DNA of 64,000 nucleotides. It comes from Eledone cirrhosa. Taxonomy: Eukaryota. This document shows, one piece after another, positions 15,401 to 26,629 of the stretch. A model generated the notes under the pieces. It did no database searches, was not told where the DNA came from, and was given only the letters and a program-made list of their open reading frames with translations. Made by a program: the position numbers and the translations under genes. How positions within the stretch are numbered: the stretch's first letter is position 1; every line of letters starts with the position of its first letter. The stretch spans positions 13,640,001-13,704,000 of the forward strand of contig OZ024764.1 in the NCBI GenBank assembly GCA_964016885.1, read 5' to 3'.

Positions 15401-18400
15401 TAGCATAACGTACAGGTACATTAGTAGAACATACAGGTACATTAGTAGCAGAACATACAGGTACATTAGTAGCAGAACATACAGGTACATTAGTAGCAGA
15501 ACGTACAGGTACATTAGTAGCAGAACATACAGGTACATTAGTAGCATAACGTACAGGTACATTAGTAGAACATACAGGTACATTAGTAGCAGAACATACA
15601 GGTACATTAGTAGCAGAACATACAGGTACATTAGTAGCAGAACGTACAGGTACATTAGTAGCAGAACATACAGGTACATTAGTAGCATAACGTACAGGTA
15701 CATTAGTAGAACATACAGGTACATTAGTAGCAGAACATACAGGTACATTAGTAGCAGAACATACAGGTACATTAGTAGCAGAACGTACAGGTACATTAGT
15801 AGCAGAACATACAGGTACATTAGTAGCATAACGTACAGGTACATTAGTAGAACATACAGGTACATTAGTAGCAGAACATACAGGTACATTAGTAGCAGAA
15901 CGTACAGGTACATTAGTAGCAGAACATACAGGTACATTAGTAGCAGAACATACAGGTACATTAGTAGCAGAACATACAGGTACATTAGTAGCAGAACATA
16001 CAGGTACATTAGTAGCAGAACATACAGGTACATTAGTAGCAGAACATACAGGTACATTAGTAGCAGAACATACAGGTACATTAGTAGCAGAACATACAGG
16101 TACATTAGTAGCAGAACATACAGGTACATTAGTAGCAGAACATACAGGTACATTAGTAGCAGAACATACAGTTACATTAGTAGCAGAACGTACAGGTACA
16201 TTAGTAGCAGAACATACAGGTACATTAGTAGCAGAACGTACAGGTACATTAGTAGAACATACAGGTACATTAGTAGCAGAACATACAGGTACATTAGTAG
16301 CAGAACATACAGGTACATTAGTAGCAGAACATACAGGTACATTAGTAGCAGAACATACAGGTACATTAGTAGCAGAACATACAGGTACATTAGTAGCAGA
16401 ACATACAGGTACATTAGTAGCAGAACATACAGGTACATTAGTAGCAGAACATACAGGTACATTAGTAGCAGAACATACAGGTACATTAGTAACAGAACAT
16501 ACAGGTACATTAGTAGCAGAACATACAGGTACATTAGTAGCAGAACATACAGGTACATTAGTAGCAGAACATACAGGTACATTAGTAGCAGAACATACAG
16601 GTACATTAGTAGAACATACAGGTACATTAGTAGCATAACATACAGGTACATTAGTAGCAGAACATACAGGTACATTAGTAGCAGAACATACAGGTACATT
16701 AGTAGCAGAACATACAGGTACATTAGTAGCAGAACATACAGGTACATTAGTAACAGAACATACAGGTACATTAGTAGCAGAACATACAGGTACATTAGTA
16801 GCAGAACGTACAGGCACATTAGTAGCAGAACATACAGGTACATTAGTAGCATAACATACAGGTACATTAGTAGCAGAACGTACAGGTACATTAGTAGTAG
16901 AACATACAGGTACATTAGTAGCAGAACATACAGGTACATTAGTAGCAGAACATACAGGTACATTAGTAACAGAACATACAGGTACATTAGTAGCAGAACA
17001 TACAGGTACATTAGTAACAGAACATACAGGTACATTAGTAGCAGAACATACAGGTACATTAGTAGAACGTACAGGTACATTAGTAGCAGAACATACAGGT
17101 ACATTAGTAGAACGTACAGGTACATTAGTAGAACGTACAGGTACATTAGTAGCAGAACATACAGGTACATTAGTAGCAGAACTTACAGGTACATTAGTAG
17201 CATAACATACAGGTACATTAGTAGCAAAACATACAGGTACATTGGTAGCAGAACATACAGGTACATTAGTAGCAGAACGTACAGGTACATTAGTAGCAGA
17301 ACGTAAGGTACATTAGTAGCAGAACATACAGGTACATTAGTAGCAGAACGTACAGGTACATTAGTAGCAGAACATACAGGTACATTAGTAACAGAACATA
17401 CAGGTACATTAGTAGCAGAACATACAGGTACATTAGTAGCAGAACATACAGGTACATTAGTAGCAGAACATACAGGTACATTAGTAGCAGAACATACAGG
17501 TACATTAGTAACAGAACATACAGGTACATTAGTAGCAGAACATACAGGTACATTAGTAGCAGAACGTACAGGTACATTAGTAGCAGAACATACAGGTACA
17601 TTAGTAGCATAACATACAGGTACATTAGTAGCAGAACGTACAGGTACATTAGTAGTAGAACATACAGGTACATTAGTAGCAGAACATACAGGTACATTAG
17701 TAGCAGAACATACAGGTACATTAGTAACAGAACATACAGGTACATTAGTAGCAGAACATACAGGTACATTAGTAACAGAACATACAGGTACATTAGTAGC
17801 AGAACATACAGGTACATTAGTAGAACGTACAGGTACATTAGTAGCAGAACATACAGGTACATTAGTAGAACGTACAGGTACATTAGTAGAACGTACAGGT
17901 ACATTAGTAGCAGAACATACAGGTACATTAGTAGCAGAACTTACAGGTACATTAGTAGCATAACATACAGGTACATTAGTAGCAGAACATACAGGTACAT
18001 TAGTAACAGAACATACAGGTACATTAGTAGCATAACATACAGGTACATTAGTAGCAGAACATACAGGTACATTAGTAACAGAACATACAGGTACATTAGT
18101 AGCAGAACATACAGGTACATTAGTAGCAGAACATACAGGTACATTAGTAGCAGAACATACAGGTACATTAGTAGCAGAACATACAGGTACATTAGTAGCA
18201 GAACATACAGGTACATTAGTAGCAGAACATACAGGTACATTAGTAGCATAACGTACAGGTACATTAGTAGCAGAACGTACAGGTACATTAGTAGCAGAAC
18301 ATACAGGTACATTAGTAGCAGAACATACAGGTACATTAGTAGCAGAACATACAGGTACATTAGTAGCAGAACATACAGGTACATTAGTAGCAGAACATAC

Positions 18401-19197
18401 AGGTACATTAGTAGCAGAACATACAGGTACATTAGTAGCAGAACATACAGGTACATTAGTAGCAGAACATACAGGTACATTAGTAGCAGAACATACAGGT
18501 ACATTAGTAACAGAACATACAGGTACATTAGTAGCAGAACATACAGGTACATTAGTAGCAGAACATACAGGTACATTAGTAACAGAACATACAGGTACAT
18601 TAGTAGCAGAACGTACAGGTACATTAGTAGCAGAACATACAGGTACATTAGTAACAGAACATACAGGTACATTAGTAACAGAACATACAGGTACATTAGT
18701 AACAGAACATACAGGTACATTAGTAGCAGAACGTACAGGTACATTAGTAACAGAACATACAGGTACATTAGTAGCAGAACATACAGGTACATTAGTAGCA
18801 GAACGTACAGGTACATTAGTAGCAGAACATACAGGTACATTAGTAGCAGAACATACAGGTACATTAGTAGCAGAACATACAGGTACATTAGTAGCAGAAC
18901 ATACAGGTACATTAGTAGCAGAACATACAGGTACATTAGTAGCAGAACGTACAGGTACATTAGTAGCAGAACATACAGGTACATTAGTAGCATAACGTAC
19001 AGGTACATTAGTAGCAGAACGTACAGGTACATTAGTAGCAGAACATACAGGTACATTAGTAGCATAACGTACAGGTACATTAGTAGAACATACAGGTACA
19101 TTAGTAGCATAACGTACAGGTACATTAGTAGCAGAACATACAGGAACATTAGTAGCATAACGTACAGGTACATTAGTAGCAGAACGTACAGGTACAT
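9498..19197 (+). repeat. 24-bp satellite array, about 400 copies
   Basis: Unit ACATTAGTAGCAGAACATACAGGT, with 21-bp and 23-bp deletion variants and point variants. Confidence 0.98.
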
Positions 19198-19424
19198 TGA
19201 GATCAAAATCTCTGCTTATGATTTTAAGCTATGTACTTTTTCCACACATTTTTTGAAGCCCCCTCGTATATAAACAGAAAACACACTTATCAATATTGTT
19301 TCTTCTTTACAATATAATAGAATGAAATTTCAACCCCCCCCCCACCACCACACACACAGATATATATATTACATATATATATACTACATACTATATATAT
19401 CCAGGGAGTGTAACGCTAATTCGG

Positions 19425-19479
19425 ACTGCCTGAAGAGGTCACAGCCAAAGATGGCTGTCACTGAAATATATATAGCAGT
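19425..19479 (+). ncRNA. Type I hammerhead ribozyme
   Basis: ACUGC-CUGAAGA-GGUcACAGCCA(AAGA)UGGCUGUcACU-GAA-AUAUAUAU-A-GCAGU, followed by AATAAA. Confidence 0.8.
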
Positions 19480-19524
19480 AATAAACGAAGCTAAATTTTA
19501 AACATTTGACTTTTTATCTAACTT

Positions 19525-19574
<50 letters not shown>

Positions 19575-19576
<2 letters not shown>

Positions 19577-19673
19577 AGGGAGTGTAACCTGGAGTTACTG
19601 TAGGTTCACCCGGGTAAGCACTCGACGTTTAGGTTCACGTCAGTATCGAGGTGTAGAGCTAGACAGAGTGTAG

Positions 19674-19708
<35 letters not shown>

Positions 19709-19852
19709 AAGGACGAATGGTTACTCCTTCATTACGTTTATAGTCTTCTAGGTCCGGCGAGCTTTTGATTCCAGAGGCGGGTTAGATCGATACAGATCGA
19801 ACCTTGAACTGATCAGCAGCGAAACTCGCGTCACCAACCAATAAACGTAATT
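19575..19852. mobile_element. Penelope-like repeat (inverted plus direct parts) with a degenerate long-stem-II hammerhead at 19751-19835 (+)
   Basis: GGU-CCGGCGA-GCU...AGC-GAAAC-UCGC-GUC-ACC. Family copies occur at 37216, 51842 (-) and 56545. Confidence 0.65.
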
Positions 19853-19863
19853 ATATATATATA

Positions 19864-19990
19864 ATGATTTCTCCCGAATGAAACAGTTCTAGTCCTGTAG
19901 AAACCGTTTCTATATTAAATATTTATACTCTGCTTTGTATTGAGTACCTTACTTACTGTGGTTACGCCCGATTGAACCCGGGATAAATCT
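19864..19990 (+). mobile_element. Interspersed repeat, same family as 38401-38585
   Basis: GATTTCTCCCGAATGAAACAGTTCTAGTCCTGTAG...GAACCCGGGATAAA. Confidence 0.7.
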
Positions 19991-20228
19991 ATATATATTT
20001 ATAGTGAAGGTGGTTTCACAATCATGAGATTGTTAGTTCGATTCCAGGACAAGGCGGTGAGTTATCTCCTTGAGCAAAACATTTTATTTCCTAATATTGA
20101 ATTCCTAATATGAACGTTTCTGTATACACGTACAGCAAAACATTACATTGAAAATAAAACCAAAGAATGCTAATTGTTTCCCCTTTGATGTTTAAAAAAG
20201 AATATAAATAAGTACTTGAATTTTTAGT

Positions 20229-21225
20229 TCCCTGGACGAAATTTATATGTGGGAGGAGATTGGAGAATCACTCCAGGTAGAGCTGCTACTTCCCCGAATT
20301 GAGAGATCACAGCTCTGATACTACAGACATGTGGTTAGAATGTCTCAGAAAAGAATCTCTGAATTGATAGCTCACAGCTCTGATACTACAGACATGTGGT
20401 TAGAATGTCTCAGAAAAGAATCTCTTAATTGATAGCTCACAGCTCTGATACTACAGACATGTGGTTAGAATGTCTGAGGAAAGAATCTCTGAATTGAGAG
20501 ATCACAGCTCTGATACTACAGACATGTGGTTAGAATGTCTGAGGAAAGAATCTCTGAATTGAGAGATCACAGCTCTGATACTACAGACATGTGGTTAGAA
20601 TGTCTGAGAAAAGAATCTCTGAATTGAGAGATCACAGCTCTGATACTACAGACATGTGGTTAGAATGTCTCAGAAAAGAATCTCTGAATTGAGAGATCAC
20701 AGCTCTGATACTACAGACATGTGGTTAGAATGTCTGAGGAAAGAATCTCTGAGTTGAGAGATCACAGCTCTGATACTACAGACATGTGGTTAGAATGTCT
20801 CAGAAAAGAATCTCTGAATTGAGAGATCACAGCTCTGATACTACAGACATGTGGTTAGAATGTCTGAGGAAAGAATCTCTGAGTTGAGAGATCACAGCTC
20901 CGATACTACAGACATGTGGTTAGAATGTCTCAGGAAAGAATCTCTGAATTGAGAGATCACAGCTCTGATACTACAGACATGTGGTTAGAATGTCTCAGGA
21001 AAGAATCGCTTGATATATTTCACAGGAAAAACCAATCGGCAGGAGAATCAGGAGGTAGACTCCGAGTAAGATGGTAAGATGGTTGGATAACATCCATGAG
21101 CTTGGCTGGTCTCGCTTGGGGATCCAGCGGGATCAGTTAGAGACGGTTGTTTCTGACAGGACCTGCTGGTTCTAGGACTCTACCCCCATGACTCTCTCAG
21201 GAATAAGTGGACGAAGAAGAAGAAG
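20229..21225 (+). mobile_element. RTE-clade LINE 3' fragment with (GAA)n tail
   Basis: Decayed frames read IGESLQVELLLPRIERSQL*YYRHVVRMSQERIA...GRLRVRW..RWLDNIHELGWSRLGIQRDQLETVVSDRTCW, the RTE ORF C-terminal signature. Confidence 0.8.
20296..21010 (+). repeat. 65-bp minisatellite, 11 copies, inside the RTE fragment
   Basis: Unit GAATTGAGAGATCACAGCTCTGATACTACAGACATGTGGTTAGAATGTCTSAGRAAAGAATCTCT at 20296, 20361 ... 20946. Confidence 0.95.
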
Positions 21226-21405
21226 TAGGAATGGATAATATATATATATAATGTCGTGCATTTAAATACGGATATATGGGTGTGCGTACAACCTAACATG
21301 TGAGACAAAGAACGCCGAACGTTAAAACTATCCTCAACACAGAGTACTCATAACTTCTAACTGAATTACCTTAAACGATACTTCGTTAACTTAAATAAAT
21401 ATATA

Positions 21406-21815
21406 TAGTGAAAGAGTGAAGAATAACATGGTCGGCTGTACAAAAAGGGTTTTATTTACAGTATTAACAATTGTTTCATTGATCAGGTGAGTCTATTCCG
21501 ATTATTTGATCAGAGACACACTGTATTTAAGGTCGAGTGACGCAATTTCGAATGATTAGCGGCCTTTAGACTCGCCTGATCAATGAAACAATTGTTAATA
21601 CTGTAAATAAAACCCTTTTTGTACAGCCGACCCTGTTATTCTTCCCTCTTTCACTATCATAACTCCAAGAATAACCTACATGGGAATTGTCGTGAGCTCG
21701 CCACCTAACTAAGGAGACCTCTTGTTGAGTCAAACAACGTCGTACCTTAAAACTATCCACAACACAGTGTACTCACAATCTCTAACTGGATTACCTAAAA
21801 CGATAACTTGTTACC
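21406..21815 (+). mobile_element. Penelope-like fold-back element with hammerhead 3' half
   Basis: Arms 21406-21495 and 21567-21656 are inverted and contain GAAACAATTGTT followed by AATAAA. Segment 21747-21815 is directly repeated at about 21322-21390. Confidence 0.55.
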
Positions 21816-21829
21816 CCCCCCCCCTCCAC

Positions 21830-21864
<35 letters not shown>

Positions 21865-21867
21865 AAA

Positions 21868-22068
21868 GGAACGATCTACTTTCGTCAAATCGGACCGAGG
21901 GAACAATGTTTCCGTTTGTCTTTCCAATTGCTAATACTATCTATCGGTCGCAACTCCAGATAGAAGGAGCAACGTGAAATAAAGTGTCTTGCACAAGGAC
22001 ATAACGCATCACCTGGTCCAGGAATCGAACTCACAACTTTACGATTGCGAATCCACACGCCTTCACTA
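21868..22068 (-). mobile_element. tRNA-derived SINE family 2
   Basis: Reverse complement of the full copy at 59244-59464. Confidence 0.8.
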
Positions 22069-22597
22069 CACATATATATATATATATTTATTAAAATAAC
22101 AGATTAAAGTTTAAGCAAAGAATCACTGCTTTCACCCTTAACTAAAACTTAAATCTGTTAGTTTAATAAATATTTGCTCTACGGTTCTTATATATTTGAT
22201 ATATATTTATCCTTATCGAGCCCTCTTTGGATTTTAGTCTTCACATTTATTATTACTATATATATATTTTTTAATATAGAAAAGCTCCTACAGGACTATA
22301 ACTGTTTCATTCAACTATATATATGTTGTTTCTATTTTCTCCTTCTAGAAATCGCTAATTTTTATGCAGAATTTACTGTGCAAAATAAAAATTTTCTATA
22401 ACCCTTACTATAGAATAAACACAATACATGATTATTCGTTTAAAGGCCTACGTGTATTACTGGTCAAAATTACTCTTATTGTAAGCACTATTCGTTATTA
22501 TGACGTTGGTGATCTTAAATTGTAAACCGAAATGTTTCATTACAGCACGTCTGGACACAGAATGAATTTATCAAGGTAAAATATTATTTATGTCTTA

Positions 22598-22700
22598 TTG
22601 ATTCTGAAGATTACAATTATTGGATTATATAATTAATTAATTAACTAATGATTAATTATCATGTATGACTAATAACACGAATGAAACATATGTTAATGAA
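22598..22700 (+). ncRNA. Degenerate hammerhead with long AU-rich stem II
   Basis: AUU-CUGAAGA-(about 72 nt, partly self-complementary)-GAA-ACAUAUGU-U-AAU. The base of stem II is poorly paired. Confidence 0.4.
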
Positions 22701-22757
22701 CATATGATATAATTAGCAGTGTTGGTTTTATTTCCAATGTATATATATATATATATA

Positions 22758-22905
22758 TAACGAAGGAATTGTGGTAAGGAACCAGATGGACCATAACGCA
22801 CCAGAGTACTCAATACTTAGGGTTGTAGAGTGGGTAATAGGAAAGAGTCTAGAAATAGCCGTCGAAACGGCTTGAGCTCTGCCTTCGGGTCATACTTTTT
22901 CCTAT
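22758..22905. mobile_element. Penelope-like fold-back family D copy
   Basis: AACGAAGGAATTGTGGTAAGGAACC... followed by GTCGAAACGGCTTGAGCTC. Other copies at 26395, 58394, 58828 and 63076. Confidence 0.65.
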
Positions 22906-22983
22906 ATATATATATATATATAGTAATAAGGGTGAAAGCAGCGATTCTTTGCTTAAACTTTAATCTGTTATTTTAATCTGCTA

Positions 22984-23055
<72 letters not shown>

Positions 23056-23190
23056 CATATAATAATAAAATGAGTTGTTTATTTTAAATGAAAAAAAAAA
23101 AAGACGATGTTCTACACGAGTGAAAGTATAAGGAAAAAAGATGAAATCGAAAATGCAACTGGAGTCTTTTTAAGAATATTTATTTGTTTC

Positions 23191-23226
23191 CTTTACCGGT
23201 TTCACAGTTTTTATGTTTTTCAAAAG
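23191..23226 (-). ncRNA. Minimal type I hammerhead, U3-A8 core variant
   Basis: Minus strand: CUU-UUGAAAA-ACA(UAAAAAC)UGU-GAA-ACCGGU-A-AAG, with a palindromic stem III. It sits in a repeat whose flank recurs at about 62897-62985. Confidence 0.6.
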
Positions 23227-23293
23227 TAGATTTGAGATGGAGGGTCTGTGGTTTGTCTCGTATATATATATATATATATATATTGCATGGGCA

Positions 23294-23416
23294 TCCACTG
23301 ATGAGTTATAAGGGCCCGCTTCTGTGTATATCTATGGATTATATACAAGTTTCTACATAACCTGGACATTATATATGCCAACTTGTAGAAATCTTATAAC
23401 GAAACGATCGTATGGA
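23294..23416 (+). ncRNA. Type I hammerhead with large branched stem II insertion
   Basis: UCCA-CUGAUGA-GUUAUAAG...(80 nt)...CUUAUAAC-GAA-ACGAUCGU-A-UGGA. Confidence 0.8.
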
Positions 23417-23610
23417 AAGAAAGAGAGATTTATTTAATTATGTCTCATATAAAATAATACAACCAACTTTCCACGGAATACTCTATAGTTAGCACCCCAA
23501 ACACTAAATTGGGATAATACTTAGGTATATCCTAATGTTTGTTGAGTGAGATGGAGTTGGTCAGAGTATCGCTTAAAGCTTTCTCTGTTAATGTATTAAA
23601 TATATATCTA

Positions 23611-23653
<43 letters not shown>

Positions 23654-23809
23654 TATATAGATATATATTTATATATATTTAATTAGTAAGTGAACAACAA
23701 TATATAACTACTCCATTACCAAAGATTTCACGACCCTAGACAATATTAAATAGCTCTCTTTTACACATAGAGCACTCTTTTTTTCCTTTGCTTTTTCTTC
23801 GGAAATATT

Positions 23810-23879
<70 letters not shown>

Positions 23880-24059
23880 TTTGCCGAGAGTAAGTAAGTG
23901 ACATAGTAGTTCCATAATAGTTAGTTCACCAGACCGAGAACAAATGTTCCACCTTATTCGGATCCTCAGCTCGGTCTAAACACACACACACACACACACA
24001 CACATATTTCTATATAGGAAAATTTATGATCCCGACGGCAGAGCTAAAACATATATATC

Positions 24060-24240
24060 ATCATCAGCATCATCGTTTAACGTCCATCTTCCACGCTAGC
24101 ATGGGTTAGACGGTTTTGTTCCATTTGATGCGGGATTGGTCGGGAGTCCATGTCTCGCTCGCACGGAAGTATCTCTGGCAGGTTTTTTACAGCTCGATGC
24201 CCTCCCGAACACCAACCACATTTACAGTGTGGACTGGGAG
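24060..24240 (-). mobile_element. 3' part of a retroposon (SINE-like) with (GAT)n tail
   Basis: Minus strand ends ...CCGTCTAACCCATGCTAGCGTGGAAGATGGACGTTAAACGATGATG. It resembles abundant octopus retroposon tails as I recall them; not searched. Confidence 0.55.
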
Positions 24241-24726
24241 CCTTTTTTCCGTGTCTCCTACACAACCACCTTACAGTGTGGACTGGGAGTCTTTTTACCG
24301 TGTCTCCTACACGACCACCTTACAGTGTGGACTGGGAGCCTTTTTACCGTGTCTCCTACACAACCACCTTACAGTGTGGACTGGGAGCCTTTTCACTGTG
24401 TCTCCTACACAACCACCTTACAGTGTGGACTGGGAGCCTTTTCACCGTGTCTCCTACACAACCACCTTACAGTGTGGAATGGGAGCCTTTTCACTGTGTC
24501 TCCTACACAACCACCTTACAGTGTGGAATGGGAGCCTTTTCACTGTGTCTCCTACACAACCACCTTACAGTGTGGAATGGGAGCCTTTTCACTGTGTCTC
24601 CTACACAACCACCTTACAGTGTGGACTGGGAGCCTTTTCACCGTGTCTCCTACACAACCACCTTACAGTGTGGAATGGGAGCCTTTTCACCGTGTCTCCT
24701 ACACAACCACCTTACAGTGTGGACTG
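24222..24726 (+). repeat. 49-bp minisatellite, about 10.3 copies
   Basis: Unit TTACAGTGTGGACTGGGAGCCTTTTCACCGTGTCTCCTACACAACCACC at 24222, 24271 ... 24712. Confidence 0.95.
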
Positions 24727-24734
24727 TTATGTCA

Positions 24735-25132
24735 TCGACACAGTGGATGGAACGGGAGGATAGGGAAGGTGGGGTTGAGTTCAGAGGTGCCTACTGACTG
24801 TAGGTTTGTATGCAATGGCAGTCGAGTCTTCTGTACAACTGCATGGCGCCAAAGGTCTTGATCCAGTGACATTGTCTTAGAGAGGTGTAGGTGGGCAAGG
24901 TCAGTTTTTATCACCTCATCCCGGGTTTTTCTTGGTCTACCCACTCCATAGCTTCCATCAATTTTCATTGCTCTGCACTTTTTTTTATACAGCTGTCGTC
25001 CTTCATACGCATCACATGTCCATCACATGTCCATACCAACGCAATCTCCTCTCCAGAACACAACATTTGATACCTCTTATGCTTAGTCTCCCTCTTAGTT
25101 CGTTTATGCTTCGCCTTTCGCGCACATTACTA
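24735..25132 (-). mobile_element. RTE-clade LINE 3' ORF fragment
   Basis: Minus strand (frameshifted): INELRGRLSIRGIKCCVLERRLRWYGHVM.RMKDDSCIK..KIDGSYGVGRPRKTRDEVIKTDL..SLDQDLWRHAV. Confidence 0.85.
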
Positions 25133-25264
25133 TAAACAATATATTTAAAAAAATTGTTTTTTAACATTTATTTGTCTCTATATGGAATAAACCAGGATAC
25201 AAAACGACCCTCAATAAAACTGAAATTTATTTATTTATTTATTTCTCAAAACTGTTGTTGATTT

Positions 25265-25451
25265 GGAGAAATGCACCCCCTAAAATCAGCGCCCAATGTT
25301 AGATTTTAGCGCCGCCCTCTCCCCACAGGAAAATATCAATTTCAGAATTTACAAACATTAAATTAAAAAAAAAAATTCTTAACATTTGCGCCCCCTAAAA
25401 TCAACACTTTAGGCGGCTGCCATGTTTGCCTATATGGTAGCACCGGGCCTG
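25265..25451. mobile_element. One end of a non-autonomous DNA transposon (hAT-like)
   Basis: Terminal TAGGCGGCTGCCATGTTTGCCTATATGGTAGCACCGGGCCTG with repeated sub-terminal GC(G/A)CCCCCTAAAATCA. The other end was not found. Confidence 0.4.
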
Positions 25452-25753
25452 TCTGGGCGGAATTTGAACTCAAAGGCTCGGGATTCGAAGGGAATACCAC
25501 AAAGCAGTCTATCCGACGTTCTAACGACTCAATTCAACGCCATAAAAAAAGGTTTATCACGTATGGAGGTCTTCTCGCTCACAGTTGACCCGGGATTATT
25601 GAATCACAACCACAACCATAACAACAACACGGACATTGAAAACACAAACACGAACTCCAACCTCATCTATAAGAACGAGCGAGGGTGGGTGAGCGAGCTT
25701 TTATATATATATATATATATATATATTTTTTAATATATATATTTTCATATATA

Positions 25754-26389
25754 TCTATATATATAAAACTGAGGATGTCTGTCTGTGTGTGTGTGAGTCT
25801 GTGAGTTTGAATCCCTAAAACTCGAGAAGTACCCAACCGATTTTTTTCAAACTTTACATGTGTATTACTTATGTCTCAGGGAGTGTTATGCACATAATAG
25901 AATTCAACTTTATGATCCCCTAGGGCCTGCATTAGGTGAAAAACTGCGTTTTTTTCAGGTTTTTAGGTTTTACGTCAGACCGATTTCCTTGAAATTGTAA
26001 CTATGTATTAGTCAGTCTCTTCTTCATACCGTGAGCAAAGAAAATCCAACTTTTTTATGGCCTATGACCCGCGATAGGTGGTAAACTTCATTTTAAAAGC
26101 TTTTTAGGGAATTTTTGAGGCGTTACGTCTAGCCGATTTTCCCGAAATTTCAAGGCATATTATGCACATAAAAAAATTCATTTTCTTGATCCCCTAAGGC
26201 CCGCATTAGGTGAAAACCTGCATTTTTCCTGCTTCATCGAGGAAAATCTTAAAGATTATCCAGCCATCAGAGTATTCGGTTTATTTTTTTACATATTGTC
26301 CAGGCACGCAGTTTTTCCACAATTAGGTCTGTTGGCGGCCCGTATTCCAAAATACCTTACCCCCGTGCAACGCCCGGTACCACTGCTAG
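25754..26389 (+). mobile_element. Non-autonomous Helitron
   Basis: 5' end A|TCTATATATATAAAA, 3' GC-rich hairpin CCCGTGCAACGCCCGG then CTAG|T (insertion between A and T). Internal repeats of about 145 bp start with CCGATTT. Confidence 0.8.
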
Positions 26390-26394
26390 TATAT

Positions 26395-26480
26395 ATAGGA
26401 AAAAGTATGACCCCGACGGCTTGAGCTCTGCCGTCGGGGTCATACTTTTTCCTATTTTCCACTCTACTACCCTAAGTATT
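26395..26480. mobile_element. Family D fold-back fragment
   Basis: Palindrome ATAGGAAAAAGTATGACCCCGACGGC-TTGAGCTCT-GCCGTCGGGGTCATACTTTTTCCTAT. Confidence 0.7.
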
Positions 26481-26629
26481 TCTTTATTATATCCCCTTTC
26501 ATGTTATATGTATGGCACCGTAACATCTCAGGGGATCTTAGGAGTACTGTATTAATATACGACGTTTCGAGAACATTTTTTTAAAAACCTGCCGGAACCC
26601 AGCCCATCTCCTCTCAAGATCTGAATAAA

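Larger units (their letters stand above)
8889..19266 (-). mobile_element. Mariner element with both TIRs and TA target duplication, internally deleted, containing a 9.7-kb satellite
   Basis: TA|CTAGGGGGCTTCAAAATATTCGTGGAAAAA (8889-8918) and TTTTTCCACACATTTTTTGAAGCCCCCTCG|TA (19237-19266) match as inverted repeats at 26/30, with a transposase remnant between them. Confidence 0.85.

Noticed and set aside
9482-19206. Very long ORFs (931, 934 and 1037 aa)
   Set aside because: They are translations of the 24-bp satellite; unit lengths of 24 and 21 keep frames open by arithmetic alone
26555-26622. Minus-strand hammerhead-like segment ending GAAACGUC
   Set aside because: The core reads UUGAGAG and stem I is essentially absent
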